Shown here: positions 40,394-50,303 of the stretch, one piece after another
Numbering within the stretch: the first letter of the stretch is position 1
How the letters are laid out: the number at the start of each line of letters is the position of its first letter
The notes under the pieces: generated by a model
What the model saw: the letters and a program-made list of their open reading frames with translations, nothing else
Told to the model about the DNA's origin: nothing
Database searches by the model: none
Position numbers and translations under genes: made by a program
Sequence record: OZ336093.1
Strand: one strand, 5' to 3'
Source of the DNA: a phage
Length of the DNA: 64,000 nt

Positions 40394-40687
40394 ATGGCTA
40401 TTATCAAAAACGTTGTAATTACTGCAAAGACTCGTGATGACGCTCGCGTTATGGCTAAAAAGTTATGCGGGAAAGTGGTTGACAATGGAAAACAATCCGC
40501 TGTAAGGTGGGGCGTGAAGGTTGATAAACAGTTGAAGTTAAAAAATTCACCGATAAACCTTTTTACATGTGTAAACACTATCGGGAAGACAAATGTATAC
40601 ACGAAAAAGGCATACATTAGGCGCGTAGCATTAACATCCCCCATTCGTACAATGAGAAGTTATGCAAAGCTGAAAATTAACAAATAA
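40394..40687 (+). CDS. hypothetical protein (ORFan cassette gene)
   Basis: 97 aa; start set at ATG after conserved leader. Confidence 0.5.
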   Translation: MAIIKNVVITAKTRDDARVMAKKLCGKVVDNGKQSAVRWGVKVDKQLKLKNSPINLFTCVNTIGKTNVYTKKAYIRRVALTSPIRTMRSYAKLKINK

Positions 40688-40772
40688 AGTACTTTACAGG
40701 GGGCTTAAAAGTTGATATCTTAAGCCCCAGATAAAGAGCTTTACCACTCAATCCTAAACTGGAGATTCTAAA

Positions 40773-41285
40773 ATGAAAACTGTAGACGCTACCTTTGAAG
40801 TTGTAAAAGAAAAATTTTCCATCATCTACGAAGCGGTAAATTGCTACGAAGCAAGCCATAATCTCGATAATTGGGAGTTTACAAACGACCATCAAGGCGG
40901 TGTGACTGTTAAAAATCCTAACTGTCAGCATAATGATTTTAAATATGCAATCCCTTTGCATTACAGCCTTAAACAGCTTTCAAGTGACTATGCAAAACAA
41001 GGCCGGGAAAATCCATCAAAAGAGGCTTACGCAAGCTTACAAAAAGAACTAGAAAGAGATTTAGAGGCTTCAGAGTACAGCCTTGCCGCGAAAGTTGTGG
41101 ATGCAAACGGTAACACGGTTTTAGAAAGTTTTTATCTTGGTTATGCTTTCGATTGGTGCTATCGTGACGGCGATGATTTAGAGGATAGACTAAAAGAAGA
41201 GGTGAACAATTCAGACGCAGAAACTGAAGTATTAGAACGTTTGGAATCGTTGAAAGATTCAGTGATGAATATCTTTAAGAACTAA
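40773..41285 (+). CDS. hypothetical protein (ORFan cassette gene)
   Basis: 170 aa; conserved leader. Confidence 0.5.
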   Translation: MKTVDATFEVVKEKFSIIYEAVNCYEASHNLDNWEFTNDHQGGVTVKNPNCQHNDFKYAIPLHYSLKQLSSDYAKQGRENPSKEAYASLQKELERDLEASEYSLAAKVVDANGNTVLESFYLGYAFDWCYRDGDDLEDRLKEEVNNSDAETEVLERLESLKDSVMNIFKN

Positions 41286-41377
41286 ATAGATTTCTTTACA
41301 CGGGGTTATCAAGCTGGTAGGATAGCCCCAGATAAAGAGATTTATCAAATAAAGCCCTTAAACTAGGAGATTCTAAA

Positions 41378-41674
41378 ATGAAATTATCAAATCAAGTGCG
41401 TGAAAATCTGAGCAAATTACTCAACAAAATTGATTTCATTGAAACATCAAGGAATAGCCATGATGTTATGGAATGGTTACACGGCAAAATAAAAGGTCGT
41501 CGTGTAGTGATTTGCTTATGGAACAGTTGCAGGGAGTATAAAAAACCTGTATTACAAGTCAATATCTATGATGATACTTTTAAAAGTCCAGTAAAGTCTA
41601 AAAGCGATTTATTAGAATCTTATGAGATATCTGTAAATGGCAAAGTATCACGTAATGAGGTAACACCATGTTAA
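41378..41674 (+). CDS. hypothetical protein (ORFan cassette gene)
   Basis: 98 aa; conserved leader. Confidence 0.5.
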   Translation: MKLSNQVRENLSKLLNKIDFIETSRNSHDVMEWLHGKIKGRRVVICLWNSCREYKKPVLQVNIYDDTFKSPVKSKSDLLESYEISVNGKVSRNEVTPC

Positions 41675-42000
41675 TGACTGGTATCACTGCAATCATTGCC
41701 ATTTTCGCGCTATATAAGGCATATAAAGCCTATAATCTAGCAAATAAGGCAATCACACAGCAGGTTAGTAATAACCTTGTAGAAAGCTTTCTAGGGCGCC
41801 TCAGTGATGAGCAAATAAAGCGGCTAGAGATGAGCTTCAGATATAAAGCGAAAACCTATCAGATAAGTGACATCTTTAAAGATGATTTTCAGTTAGTTGA
41901 TGATTATAATTCTCTGATAAATGCTTTAAACGTCAGTGACTTGAAAGACTATCACGCTGTAATTGTTCAAGAATTGAGCAAACGAAAACAAAACTGTTGA
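41668..42000 (+). CDS. hypothetical protein with N-terminal TM helix
   Basis: 110 aa ORF. Confidence 0.45.
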   Translation: MLMTGITAIIAIFALYKAYKAYNLANKAITQQVSNNLVESFLGRLSDEQIKRLEMSFRYKAKTYQISDIFKDDFQLVDDYNSLINALNVSDLKDYHAVIVQELSKRKQNC

Positions 42001-42025
42001 CACTGGTTTTCAGATAGATTAAATT
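41997..42025 (+). promoter_or_regulatory. sigma70-like promoter TTGACA-N17-TAAATT
   Basis: followed by GGGGAGGGAATGACCTTCCCC stem-loop and conserved leader. Confidence 0.55.
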
Positions 42026-42088
42026 ACACACCAACGGGGAGGGAATGACCTTCCCCACTAAATAAAGTCCTAAACTGGAGATTCAAAA

Positions 42089-42247
42089 ATGTTTTTTGCA
42101 GGTGATAAAGTTGTCTGGAATGATATAGATGACGGTTTATGTACGAAAGTTGTTGTTATCTTAGAAATTGATTATATCACTGGTGTTGCAACTGTAGCAG
42201 ATAATGATATAATCTTTGATGTCTTAATTAGTGAACTGTCAAAATAA
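42089..42247 (+). CDS. hypothetical small protein (ORFan cassette gene)
   Basis: 52 aa; not in track; own promoter/leader cassette. Confidence 0.4.
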   Translation: MFFAGDKVVWNDIDDGLCTKVVVILEIDYITGVATVADNDIIFDVLISELSK

Positions 42248-42272
42248 AATCCTTAAACTAGGAGCTTTTAAA

Positions 42273-42545
42273 ATGTACACTACTAACAACGGTCGCACTT
42301 TAAACGTAACCCTTCGTCACTATGTGAACGGTGTAATGCACTTCGAGGATTTACAAGCCGAACAACATATCTTAGATTGGCAACTAGCAGGACTCCAAAA
42401 AACTGCTACCGGATACGGCAAAAAGATTCCAACTAGCTGGAAAGTACACTATGAAGGACGTTTGCGCAGAATTTACCAAGATGTATGCAGCAATAGCGCA
42501 TCTAGTTACATCATAGTAAAAGGTAAAAAGCTGCATTTAGTATAA
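42273..42545 (+). CDS. hypothetical protein (ORFan cassette gene)
   Basis: start at Met after leader ...CTAGGAGCTTTTAAA. Confidence 0.45.
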   Translation: MYTTNNGRTLNVTLRHYVNGVMHFEDLQAEQHILDWQLAGLQKTATGYGKKIPTSWKVHYEGRLRRIYQDVCSNSASSYIIVKGKKLHLV

Positions 42546-42630
42546 AGTACTTTACAGGGGGCTTATAAGTCTGTACAGTAAGCTCCCGATAAAGAATTTT
42601 ATCACTCAATCCTAAATTGGAGACTCTAAA

Positions 42631-43035
42631 ATGGCTATTAATAATCGTGAACTGGCTGTATTAAAAGCACGTTTGACCGTCAACCGCATCAACGTTATTA
42701 CATCAGCAGCACCGGACGAAACATTACACAACATTATCGGGAAGATTCAAGGCGTTATCTTAGACGTTGAAAATGTAAAAAACTCATTAGCCGACGTTGC
42801 AGCAGGTATCACACTAGATGGCGCACAATATGAAATGTCCGACATGTTAGGTAAATCAAAGGTAATGAATAAAGAGATTGATTTAAAAATGTTTAGATTT
42901 GCCGTGAAAGTGTGGCTATCTGTTGAGTATGACGCTAATTTTGCAATCGCTGATTTCTTTGCCACATGGTTGCAACGTAATTTGGCGAGTCATGACTTCC
43001 GTGACATCTGCGATGCAATTTACGCAGAACTCTAA
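42631..43035 (+). CDS. hypothetical protein (ORFan cassette gene)
   Basis: 134 aa; type B leader (GGGGCTTA..TAAGC hairpin). Confidence 0.5.
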   Translation: MAINNRELAVLKARLTVNRINVITSAAPDETLHNIIGKIQGVILDVENVKNSLADVAAGITLDGAQYEMSDMLGKSKVMNKEIDLKMFRFAVKVWLSVEYDANFAIADFFATWLQRNLASHDFRDICDAIYAEL

Positions 43036-43043
43036 AAATTTTA

Positions 43044-43072
43044 TTGACACTGATTTTTAGATAGATTAAATT
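43044..43072 (+). promoter_or_regulatory. sigma70-like promoter TTGACA-N17-TAAATT
   Basis: near-identical to the promoter at 41997. Confidence 0.55.
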
Positions 43073-43136
43073 ACTCATCAACGGGGAGGGAATAACCTTC
43101 CCACTAAGTAAAGTCCTTAAACTAGGAGATTCAAAA

Positions 43137-43385
43137 ATGATGAATTTTTTAAATATCCCTGATACTTGCCGACTGTTGACGCAACCAGAAAATTTAGGCA
43201 AACCTTTCCTGTACCATATGCCAGACAATACACCAAAAACATATAGCTACACGGTTAACCGCTTTACGGGTTACGCTGCAAAAAACGGTTACAAGGTTAC
43301 TACTCAAAAAGTAACACTATTTACAAATATCGAAGAGCTTCCAACAATCGCTGTAAAACTAATATTTACGAAGAAGACGCAATAA
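43137..43385 (+). CDS. hypothetical protein (ORFan cassette gene)
   Basis: 82 aa. Confidence 0.45.
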   Translation: MMNFLNIPDTCRLLTQPENLGKPFLYHMPDNTPKTYSYTVNRFTGYAAKNGYKVTTQKVTLFTNIEELPTIAVKLIFTKKTQ

Positions 43386-43470
43386 AGTACTTTACAGGGG
43401 GCTTAAAAGTTGATATCTTAAGCCCCAGATAAAGAGCTTTACCACTAAATCCTAAACTGGAGATTCTAAA

Positions 43471-43674
43471 ATGACTATTATTAACGGCGTATCTATCGAG
43501 ACTGTACATATCAAAGACATTAAAGTTGGTGATGTAGTCCTTTCCCACGGCGTAGAGAAAACTGTCACTGCAAAGGATATCAAAGATGATTCTTTCATGG
43601 GTAGAACTCTCTTCGGTGATTCTTATTGCTTAGGTTATCTTGCAGTTTTAAAAGTTGTAAAAAATAACAAATAA
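43471..43674 (+). CDS. hypothetical protein (ORFan cassette gene)
   Basis: 67 aa; C-terminal KNNK then repeat AAGTACTTTACA. Confidence 0.45.
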   Translation: MTIINGVSIETVHIKDIKVGDVVLSHGVEKTVTAKDIKDDSFMGRTLFGDSYCLGYLAVLKVVKNNK

Positions 43675-43759
43675 AGTACTTTACAAGGGGCTTATAGTTC
43701 GATAAAGTAAGCCCCAGATAAAGAGCTTTACCAATCAATCCTAAACTGGAGATTCTAAA

Positions 43760-44302
43760 ATGAAATGTTTTCACGGTACTACTCAAGAAAATTTCCTCAA
43801 CCTGATTAATAACGGTAACAAGCCATCAGGTGCATGGAATTGTTCGGATATGGACGGCAATTTTTACGTGTATCCAGAAAATAAAATCTATGGCGACGAT
43901 GAGGAAGAGATAACATCGGAGGGCATTCAGCAAGCTCTAGGCAATGCCACTATCACCGCAGCTTTTCAGATGAAGACTCAAAATATTGTTATCTTAGAAC
44001 TCGATATTCCAGAGGATGAGCTAAATGATGATTATTCTTGTGATAATATGTCTGGCGTAGCAAGTTTTACAGAATACTTCGATTTAAATTGGATTAAAAA
44101 GGTTTACGTAACCGAGTTTAATGCGATGTTTTCACCTTTTTGTCTTCCTTCACTGGATAACCCAAATATGAACTATCTTGATGAGACATTAGAACTACTT
44201 GCTAAAAGTGTTCAACAATCGGACAGTATTCAGGTTTTTTGTGACATCATGGATACACTGACAGAAAACATCGCAGAAGAGGATTTAAAGAGCTTTTTCT
44301 AA
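43760..44302 (+). CDS. hypothetical acidic protein (ORFan cassette gene)
   Basis: 180 aa. Confidence 0.5.
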   Translation: MKCFHGTTQENFLNLINNGNKPSGAWNCSDMDGNFYVYPENKIYGDDEEEITSEGIQQALGNATITAAFQMKTQNIVILELDIPEDELNDDYSCDNMSGVASFTEYFDLNWIKKVYVTEFNAMFSPFCLPSLDNPNMNYLDETLELLAKSVQQSDSIQVFCDIMDTLTENIAEEDLKSFF

Positions 44303-44367
44303 AACCTATACAATCACCTTATAAACACTGATTAGCCCCTCACAGGGGCTTTTAGAGGGCTTAAATC

Positions 44368-44601
44368 ATGCTTACAACCGTTTATCTCATCCTTTCTATT
44401 TGTAATGGCCATTCATGTGACTTTAAAGGGCTTGAGGAGTTTACAGGGAGTAAAGAAAATGCTGTTCAAGTGTGCCAGATAGCAAGGCAAGACTACCCCG
44501 CCAGTGATGATATACAATGTTACTTTAAGACAGAAGATGAAGACGGTATCTATTTTGACAGCGTAGATGGTCAGTATGAAATTATCATTGAAAAAGACTA
44601 G
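44368..44601 (+). CDS. hypothetical small protein
   Basis: 77 aa; preceded by AGCCCCTCACAGGGGCT hairpin. Confidence 0.4.
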   Translation: MLTTVYLILSICNGHSCDFKGLEEFTGSKENAVQVCQIARQDYPASDDIQCYFKTEDEDGIYFDSVDGQYEIIIEKD

Positions 44602-44691
44602 ACAAGCCTGATAAAAATCTGTAAATTGTCAATAAACGGGGAGGGAATGACCTTCCCCACTAAATAAAGTCCTAAACTGGAGATTCTAAAA

Positions 44692-45033
44692 ATGGCTTAT
44701 GTAACTGTAATTACCAATAAAGAAAATTCATCTTGGTCAACTCAAGTCAGTGATAAGATGTCACCTATGCAGTGCCTAAAATACTTTGAGCAGTGGAACA
44801 AAGGCGAGGGTGTCAGCCCCTTTCAAGTGATGCAAATCATCCATACGGATAACGAAGGGAACAAAACGACACTTAATAGCGAATATTACGCAAATCGTTT
44901 TGAGAGTCGAGTTGAAACGATGAAGGGGCTACGTGAGGCCGGATATGGGCACATTGCCGCCCTGTTATGGGATAACCTACTAAAAAACCAACGTATCAGC
45001 TATGTAAAACCTGAAAAAATATTCATCAGTTAA
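44692..45033 (+). CDS. hypothetical protein (ORFan cassette gene)
   Basis: 113 aa; type A leader. Confidence 0.5.
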   Translation: MAYVTVITNKENSSWSTQVSDKMSPMQCLKYFEQWNKGEGVSPFQVMQIIHTDNEGNKTTLNSEYYANRFESRVETMKGLREAGYGHIAALLWDNLLKNQRISYVKPEKIFIS

Positions 45034-45230
45034 TCAATAACTTACAAAAAACTTTTAAAAAAGTGTTGACAATACCCATTGACATTGGTAACTTTGTTCG
45101 AGGGGGTTATCTAAAAGGGATTCACTTAACAGATTCTTTATATATAAACTTAAAAATTGCTTGCAATCACTTTCTAAAAGCCCTATAGTATCTATCAAGC
45201 AAAACAACTTCCTAAACTGGAGAAATCAAG

Positions 45231-45758
45231 ATGAATAAGTTCACAGCAATCAATACTATTCGCTCAAAAGACGTAATGAAAAAGCCTGTCAAGGATACTT
45301 TCGAATTTACCCTGAAAGATAAAACTTTTGCAGTTATCACGAAAGGGGAAGATAAGAAATATTACATACATCGCCCAAATCAGCAAATGATAACAGCTAA
45401 CAGCTTTATGAAGGCCGTAGCGGTTATCCTGCCGGATTATATGGCTATCGTCGCAGAAATTCACGAAATGGCTATCAAGGCGACTAAAAACGAGCTAAAC
45501 CAATACAAAATGGCTTATGAACGCTCTATAAAGTCTCATAACCTTTTTATTGCAATTTTCTACACTGGCGTGTCTGCTACTGGTACAGGCAATCAACAAC
45601 ACCCAATCTATGAAGTTGAAAAACTGTTTACAAGTGAATACAAAACAGATATTTTTAAAGTAACGTTAGGCAAGGCATTAACAGACTTAATCAAGCTTTA
45701 CGAAAAATCTTTAAAAAATTTAGAAAATGCACTTGACGAAACGTTATCAAATCTTTAA
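45231..45758 (+). CDS. hypothetical protein (ORFan cassette gene)
   Basis: 175 aa; upstream TTGACA boxes. Confidence 0.5.
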   Translation: MNKFTAINTIRSKDVMKKPVKDTFEFTLKDKTFAVITKGEDKKYYIHRPNQQMITANSFMKAVAVILPDYMAIVAEIHEMAIKATKNELNQYKMAYERSIKSHNLFIAIFYTGVSATGTGNQQHPIYEVEKLFTSEYKTDIFKVTLGKALTDLIKLYEKSLKNLENALDETLSNL

Positions 45759-45824
45759 AGTATCTATCAAGGGGAAGAAATCACTTCCCCACTAAATAAA
45801 GTCCTTAAACTAGGGGTTATCAAG

Positions 45825-46088
45825 ATGGAAAACGTAGAATTAACCACACTATTGCAGATTGCAACTGACAAAGAAGATGTAGCACTGTTTCACCGTATCG
45901 AAAGCGATTTATTCAATGGTGAAATCATCAAAGAATCTTACGAAGTTGTCGGATTCAAAGATGGTAAAGCATTTGGATTCTTTGACCTCGACAAAGGCAA
46001 CGCTGTTACAAAGTACGATGTTTTGTCTTGTGAGATTCTTACAAAATACAACGAAAAAAGGCTTGCAACATACGCCAATATGCAGTAA
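45825..46088 (+). CDS. hypothetical protein (ORFan cassette gene)
   Basis: 87 aa. Confidence 0.45.
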   Translation: MENVELTTLLQIATDKEDVALFHRIESDLFNGEIIKESYEVVGFKDGKAFGFFDLDKGNAVTKYDVLSCEILTKYNEKRLATYANMQ

Positions 46089-46152
46089 ATTACTAATTAA
46101 CGGGGGATGACCTCCCCCACTAAGTAAAGTCCTAAACTGGAGAATCTAAATT

Positions 46153-46401
46153 ATGTCAACTATCCGCGTAACTGTTAATGCTTATGGCTGCCACGAACTT
46201 GATGCAAAATTCGATATCGGTGGAACAAATAACACCTTTGACCTTATCAAAATGCTGATTCAGCAGGTGCTACCAGATTATAACCCTACCGATGACTTTT
46301 GGAAGGACGCTGTAAAAGAAGCCATAAACGAGGAATATCACTACCACTACTGGGGAGAAAAAATTGTCTCCCTGTACTACAACAAGCAAGATTATAACTA
46401 A
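46153..46401 (+). CDS. hypothetical protein (ORFan cassette gene)
   Basis: 82 aa; last gene of plus-strand block. Confidence 0.45.
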   Translation: MSTIRVTVNAYGCHELDAKFDIGGTNNTFDLIKMLIQQVLPDYNPTDDFWKDAVKEAINEEYHYHYWGEKIVSLYYNKQDYN

Positions 46402-46439
46402 TCGACGCAGCGGGGCTATTTAGCCCCAGATACCTTGAC

Positions 46440-46465
46440 AGCCCCTATTTAAAGGGGCTTTTTTA
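46440..46465 (+). terminator. rho-independent terminator ending the plus-strand block
   Basis: GCCCCT-ATTTAA-AGGGGC followed by TTTTTT. Confidence 0.7.
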
Positions 46466-47098
46466 CGTCTATCCAATCCTTATACAATCCCTTTCCTTTC
46501 CTTTCCAGAATCTTACTAGACCTTAAAAGCAATAACTCTATAGTCTACTCTATAACCTCTTATCAAATCAACTTAAATAAAAGCCAATAACCCCAGAAAG
46601 GGGATGGCCCATTTAAACGCTCTATAAAGCTCTATAACATCCTTATCAACCTAACTTAAGGGATTGCATTAACTCACCCTAAAAAGCCCTTTATAAAGCT
46701 TCCTAGAGACTTAAAAGAATCTTATAAGGGTGTAAGCTTTATCGTCTCGTTAGTATTCTTGTGAATAACTAAACAACCCCTTGATAGTCACTAAAAAGTA
46801 TGTTATAGGGGCTATAAAGTAGCTTAAAAGTTGCTTAAAAGTTACGTAAATGCTAGCCCCCTTAACATTTTCTTAACAATTTCTTAACAATCCCTACATA
46901 GTTATGCTTGTTAGAGACTTGTTAGCCCCTTGTTAAATCTCTGTTAAGACCACGTAAAAACCTTGTAAGAGTCTTTGACATAGCCTTAAAAGCTCCTGTA
47001 AAGCCCTATAAAGAGCTATCCATACAGTTGAGGGGTAGATACTAGGAAGAGGCTTAAAAGAACTTATAAGGGGCTATAGAGAGCTTTTAAGAGGCATG

Positions 47099-48061
47099 TT
47101 TAGAGAATCACTAAGAGAGAAAGGGAACGATAAGAAAAGAGATAGTGACCATGTTAATAGCTTGTTAAAAAGATTAAACACTTGTTAGGAACTTGTTAAT
47201 TATCCCTACAAAATAACTCTTTAAAATTAACTTGTTAGCTCTTGTTAGTCATCTGTTAAGATTCTGTAAAGTCTATGTATCAACTGTTAAGAAACTGTTA
47301 CATCCCTGTTAGTTCTGTTAAGAGTCTATTAAGACCTTTGAAGAGTTGTTAAGAGCTTGAGAGAGTTGTTAAGAGATTGTTAAGGATATTTTAAAATTTT
47401 GCAAAGTACTTGTAAGGGAGTTGTTAAGGGTTACCAAGCAGATATACATCCTCAACAGATATTTTTGAGTTCCTTCAAAGACCCTAAAAAATGACTTGAT
47501 AGCCCTATTTTATAAAAATTTTAAAATTCTGAATAATTACCTAGACAGTCTTTTAAAAATACAGGCATAAACAGGCTTATTTAGAGAATCACTAAGAGAG
47601 AAAGGGAACGATAAGAAAAGAGATAGTGACCATGTTAATAGCTTGTTAAAAAGATTAAACACTTGTTAGGAACTTGTTAATTATCCCTACAAAATAACTC
47701 TTTAAAATTAACTTGTTAGCTCTTGTTAGTCATCTGTTAAGATTCTGTAAAGTCTATGTATCAACTGTTAAGAAACTGTTACATCCCTGTTAGTTCTGTT
47801 AAGAGTCTATTAAGACCTTTGAAGAGTTGTTAAGAGCTTGAGAGAGTTGTTAAGAGATTGTTAAGGATATTTTAAAATTTTGCAAAGTACTTGTAAGGGA
47901 GTTGTTAAGGGTTACCAAGCAGATATACATCCTCAACAGATATTTTTGAGTTCCTTCAAAGACCCTAAAAAATGACTTGATAGCCCTATTTTATAAAAAT
48001 TTTAAAATTCTGAATAATTACCTAGACAGTCTTTTAAAAATACAGGCATAAACAGGCTTAT
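47099..48061. repeat. perfect tandem duplication, 2 x 481 bp, non-coding
   Basis: unit TTTAGAGAATCACTAAGAGAG...AACAGGCTTAT at 47099-47580 repeats at 47580-48061, identical as far as I can read; dense in CTGTTAAG/TTGTTAG motifs. Confidence 0.85.
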
Positions 48062-48504
48062 AAGATACCTTGTTAGTACCGTGTTAGACCTTGTGAGATA
48101 AGGTCTGTAAAGATATTCCTGTTAAGTTTGTTAAAACAGTCTATATAGAGGCTTAGTAGCTCCTAGTGAACACCTATAGAGGGTATCATAGCTGACATAG
48201 AGATTAAGAGGTGTATAGGAGCTTCTAAGAGGGTGTAGAGAGATGGTTAAGGTGATTGTATAGGTTGTTAAGAAGGCTTGTTAGAGGGCTTGTTAGAAGG
48301 GTTATACAGAGGGGCTATTAAGACCACTAGATAGTTACTAAGACACTATATAGTACTATATAACTATATAGAGAGTAAGATTAAGAAGGTTGTTAAGAAG
48401 GATAGATATTTTATTCACATATGATGGTGACCCAGAGGTTGGGACAACCGATAAAATTTTATAAAAATTAAAAAGCCCCCGATTAAGGAGGCTCTTAAGA
48501 TATT

Positions 48505-49098
48505 TTAAATCAGTGTTTCCAGAACTGTTTTCAGGGATGACTTAGTTGTCTGATAAAAATGAGTGAATCCGTTGTTGTTATCGAATATCTGCATCATAAT
48601 ATCATCTCCCTTGATTGGATACACTCGGATATCATAGTGAAACCCGTTAAAGACAGCAGAACCATTACAGAACACACTAAAATCGTCCACTGAGATATAC
48701 TCTTCATGTCCTGTGATTTTTATACAGACGCCTTTGCTCGGTCTCTTAGGGTTGATATCTTCCATCACAGACATACTCTGTCCACCAAGAGATACCATAG
48801 TGACCACTTTACGGTTCTTCTGTCTAAAGTACATTTTAACTTTCTGTAAAGTGTCTTCATAGAACGGATAAGACTTCTCTACAAAGATTCCTTCAAGTGG
48901 CTCTTTACCATTTTCAACTTCTCTGGTATGTCGTACTGCAAAGATAATTTGTTGGAACCAGTCAAGATTTTCTTCGGAGAGTGCTTCACGAACATCACTC
49001 CAGTCAAGGACTAGGTAGTTGCCTTCAACTTCTTTTAAGTTATCTTTTTCCATACCTATCACACCGTTATCGTAAAACTTGGTAAGCTGGTACTGCAA
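48505..49098 (-). CDS. hypothetical protein
   Basis: 197 aa ORF; start may be at the internal Met. Confidence 0.5.
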   Translation of the reverse strand: MQYQLTKFYDNGVIGMEKDNLKEVEGNYLVLDWSDVREALSEENLDWFQQIIFAVRHTREVENGKEPLEGIFVEKSYPFYEDTLQKVKMYFRQKNRKVVTMVSLGGQSMSVMEDINPKRPSKGVCIKITGHEEYISVDDFSVFCNGSAVFNGFHYDIRVYPIKGDDIMMQIFDNNNGFTHFYQTTKSSLKTVLETLI

Positions 49099-49531
49099 AC
49101 TCGTTGCTACTGTTTCTAATAAGGTCTTCTTCTGTTACTAAGAATGTAATCCCACATAAGTGCGTATAGTGGCTGTCATACTCGAATACTTTAAGTAAGT
49201 ATTTACCATCATGATAAACAGATTCTACTACACCTTTTGCAACAATCTTTCCAGTCTTGAAGTCTTTAAGAGGGTATGTATTACCAACTTTAGGGACTGT
49301 TTTCACTTCAGGTTCTTTTAGCTTCTCACTAGCTTCTACATCACCTAGTAAGTTAGAACTTTCAAAAGCTCTGAATCTCATATAAGCTTCTGAACATTCC
49401 CAGATAAAACAATGTACAAGAACCTTAGCAGCATGTCTTGAGCAATTCAACTCATCACAGATTTCTTTGTACATTTCATCTTTAGTTGAATTGGTAAGTA
49501 TTGCTTTTCGAACTGTTTCTTTAATTTTCAT
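49067..49531 (-). CDS. hypothetical protein
   Basis: 154 aa ORF. Confidence 0.5.
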   Translation of the reverse strand: MKIKETVRKAILTNSTKDEMYKEICDELNCSRHAAKVLVHCFIWECSEAYMRFRAFESSNLLGDVEASEKLKEPEVKTVPKVGNTYPLKDFKTGKIVAKGVVESVYHDGKYLLKVFEYDSHYTHLCGITFLVTEEDLIRNSSNEFAVPAYQVLR

Positions 49532-49949
49532 AAGTTCTCCGAATAACCCTATTAAGCATCTCTAAAGTCAGCTTTCCAGATTCTAAATGTGGCACAATAA
49601 GTTTTAAAGCTTTTTCAACATCATGCACAACATCTATTATACCTTCTGCATAGGCTTCTACAAGGATATCTTTTACATTTTGTGATTTACCTTTTTGTGG
49701 TATCACTAGACGCATATCAAACTCATTTGCTTGAGGATGGTTCTTACCTTGCCAATAACCATCTTTGTTAAAGCTGATGTAGTCACCGTGGTAAAAGTGT
49801 ACACCATTAGCTTTAAACTTCTCCAGCACAAGGCATTGAATTGGGTATTCAGTATTCCACTCCCTGACTCCTATAACCTTCACTGTTGCGATGTACTCCT
49901 GTGTTTTTGCATCTATGATGTCAAGTTCTTGACCAGCTATGATTTGCAT
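49521..49949 (-). CDS. hypothetical protein
   Basis: 142 aa ORF. Confidence 0.5.
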   Translation of the reverse strand: MQIIAGQELDIIDAKTQEYIATVKVIGVREWNTEYPIQCLVLEKFKANGVHFYHGDYISFNKDGYWQGKNHPQANEFDMRLVIPQKGKSQNVKDILVEAYAEGIIDVVHDVEKALKLIVPHLESGKLTLEMLNRVIRRTYEN

Positions 49950-50002
49950 ATTCGCTACCTTCTAAGTTTCTACAAAGGGGCTATCAAGTAACCCCTAAGT
50001 TA

Positions 50003-50227
50003 TTACTCAGACTTTTCAGTCTTCTTATCGGATTTCTTACTAGTCTTCTTCTCAGCTTTCTGCTCAGGTTCCTTCTCAGAAGTTGCCTTAATAACCATAT
50101 CAAGAAGCTCTGATAGGTCACTCTTCAGCAAAGTAACAGGCTGCTCATTGTAGAAGTTTTTGTCAAGATAAACTTTGAACTCTTCTATAGAAGGAAATCC
50201 AAAGATTGGTACAGGTGTCTTAATCAT
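50003..50227 (-). CDS. hypothetical small protein
   Basis: 74 aa, Lys-rich C-terminus. Confidence 0.4.
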   Translation of the reverse strand: MIKTPVPIFGFPSIEEFKVYLDKNFYNEQPVTLLKSDLSELLDMVIKATSEKEPEQKAEKKTSKKSDKKTEKSE

Positions 50228-50303
50228 TACTTAGTCTCTCCATAGGCATCTTTCAAGATTGCCTTGTTAATCATTTCAGCGATTGCAAAACGAACACATA
50301 CAG

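Noticed and set aside
47099-48061. Possible CRISPR array
   Set aside because: Only two very long (481 bp) identical units with no short repeat-spacer periodicity and no cas genes
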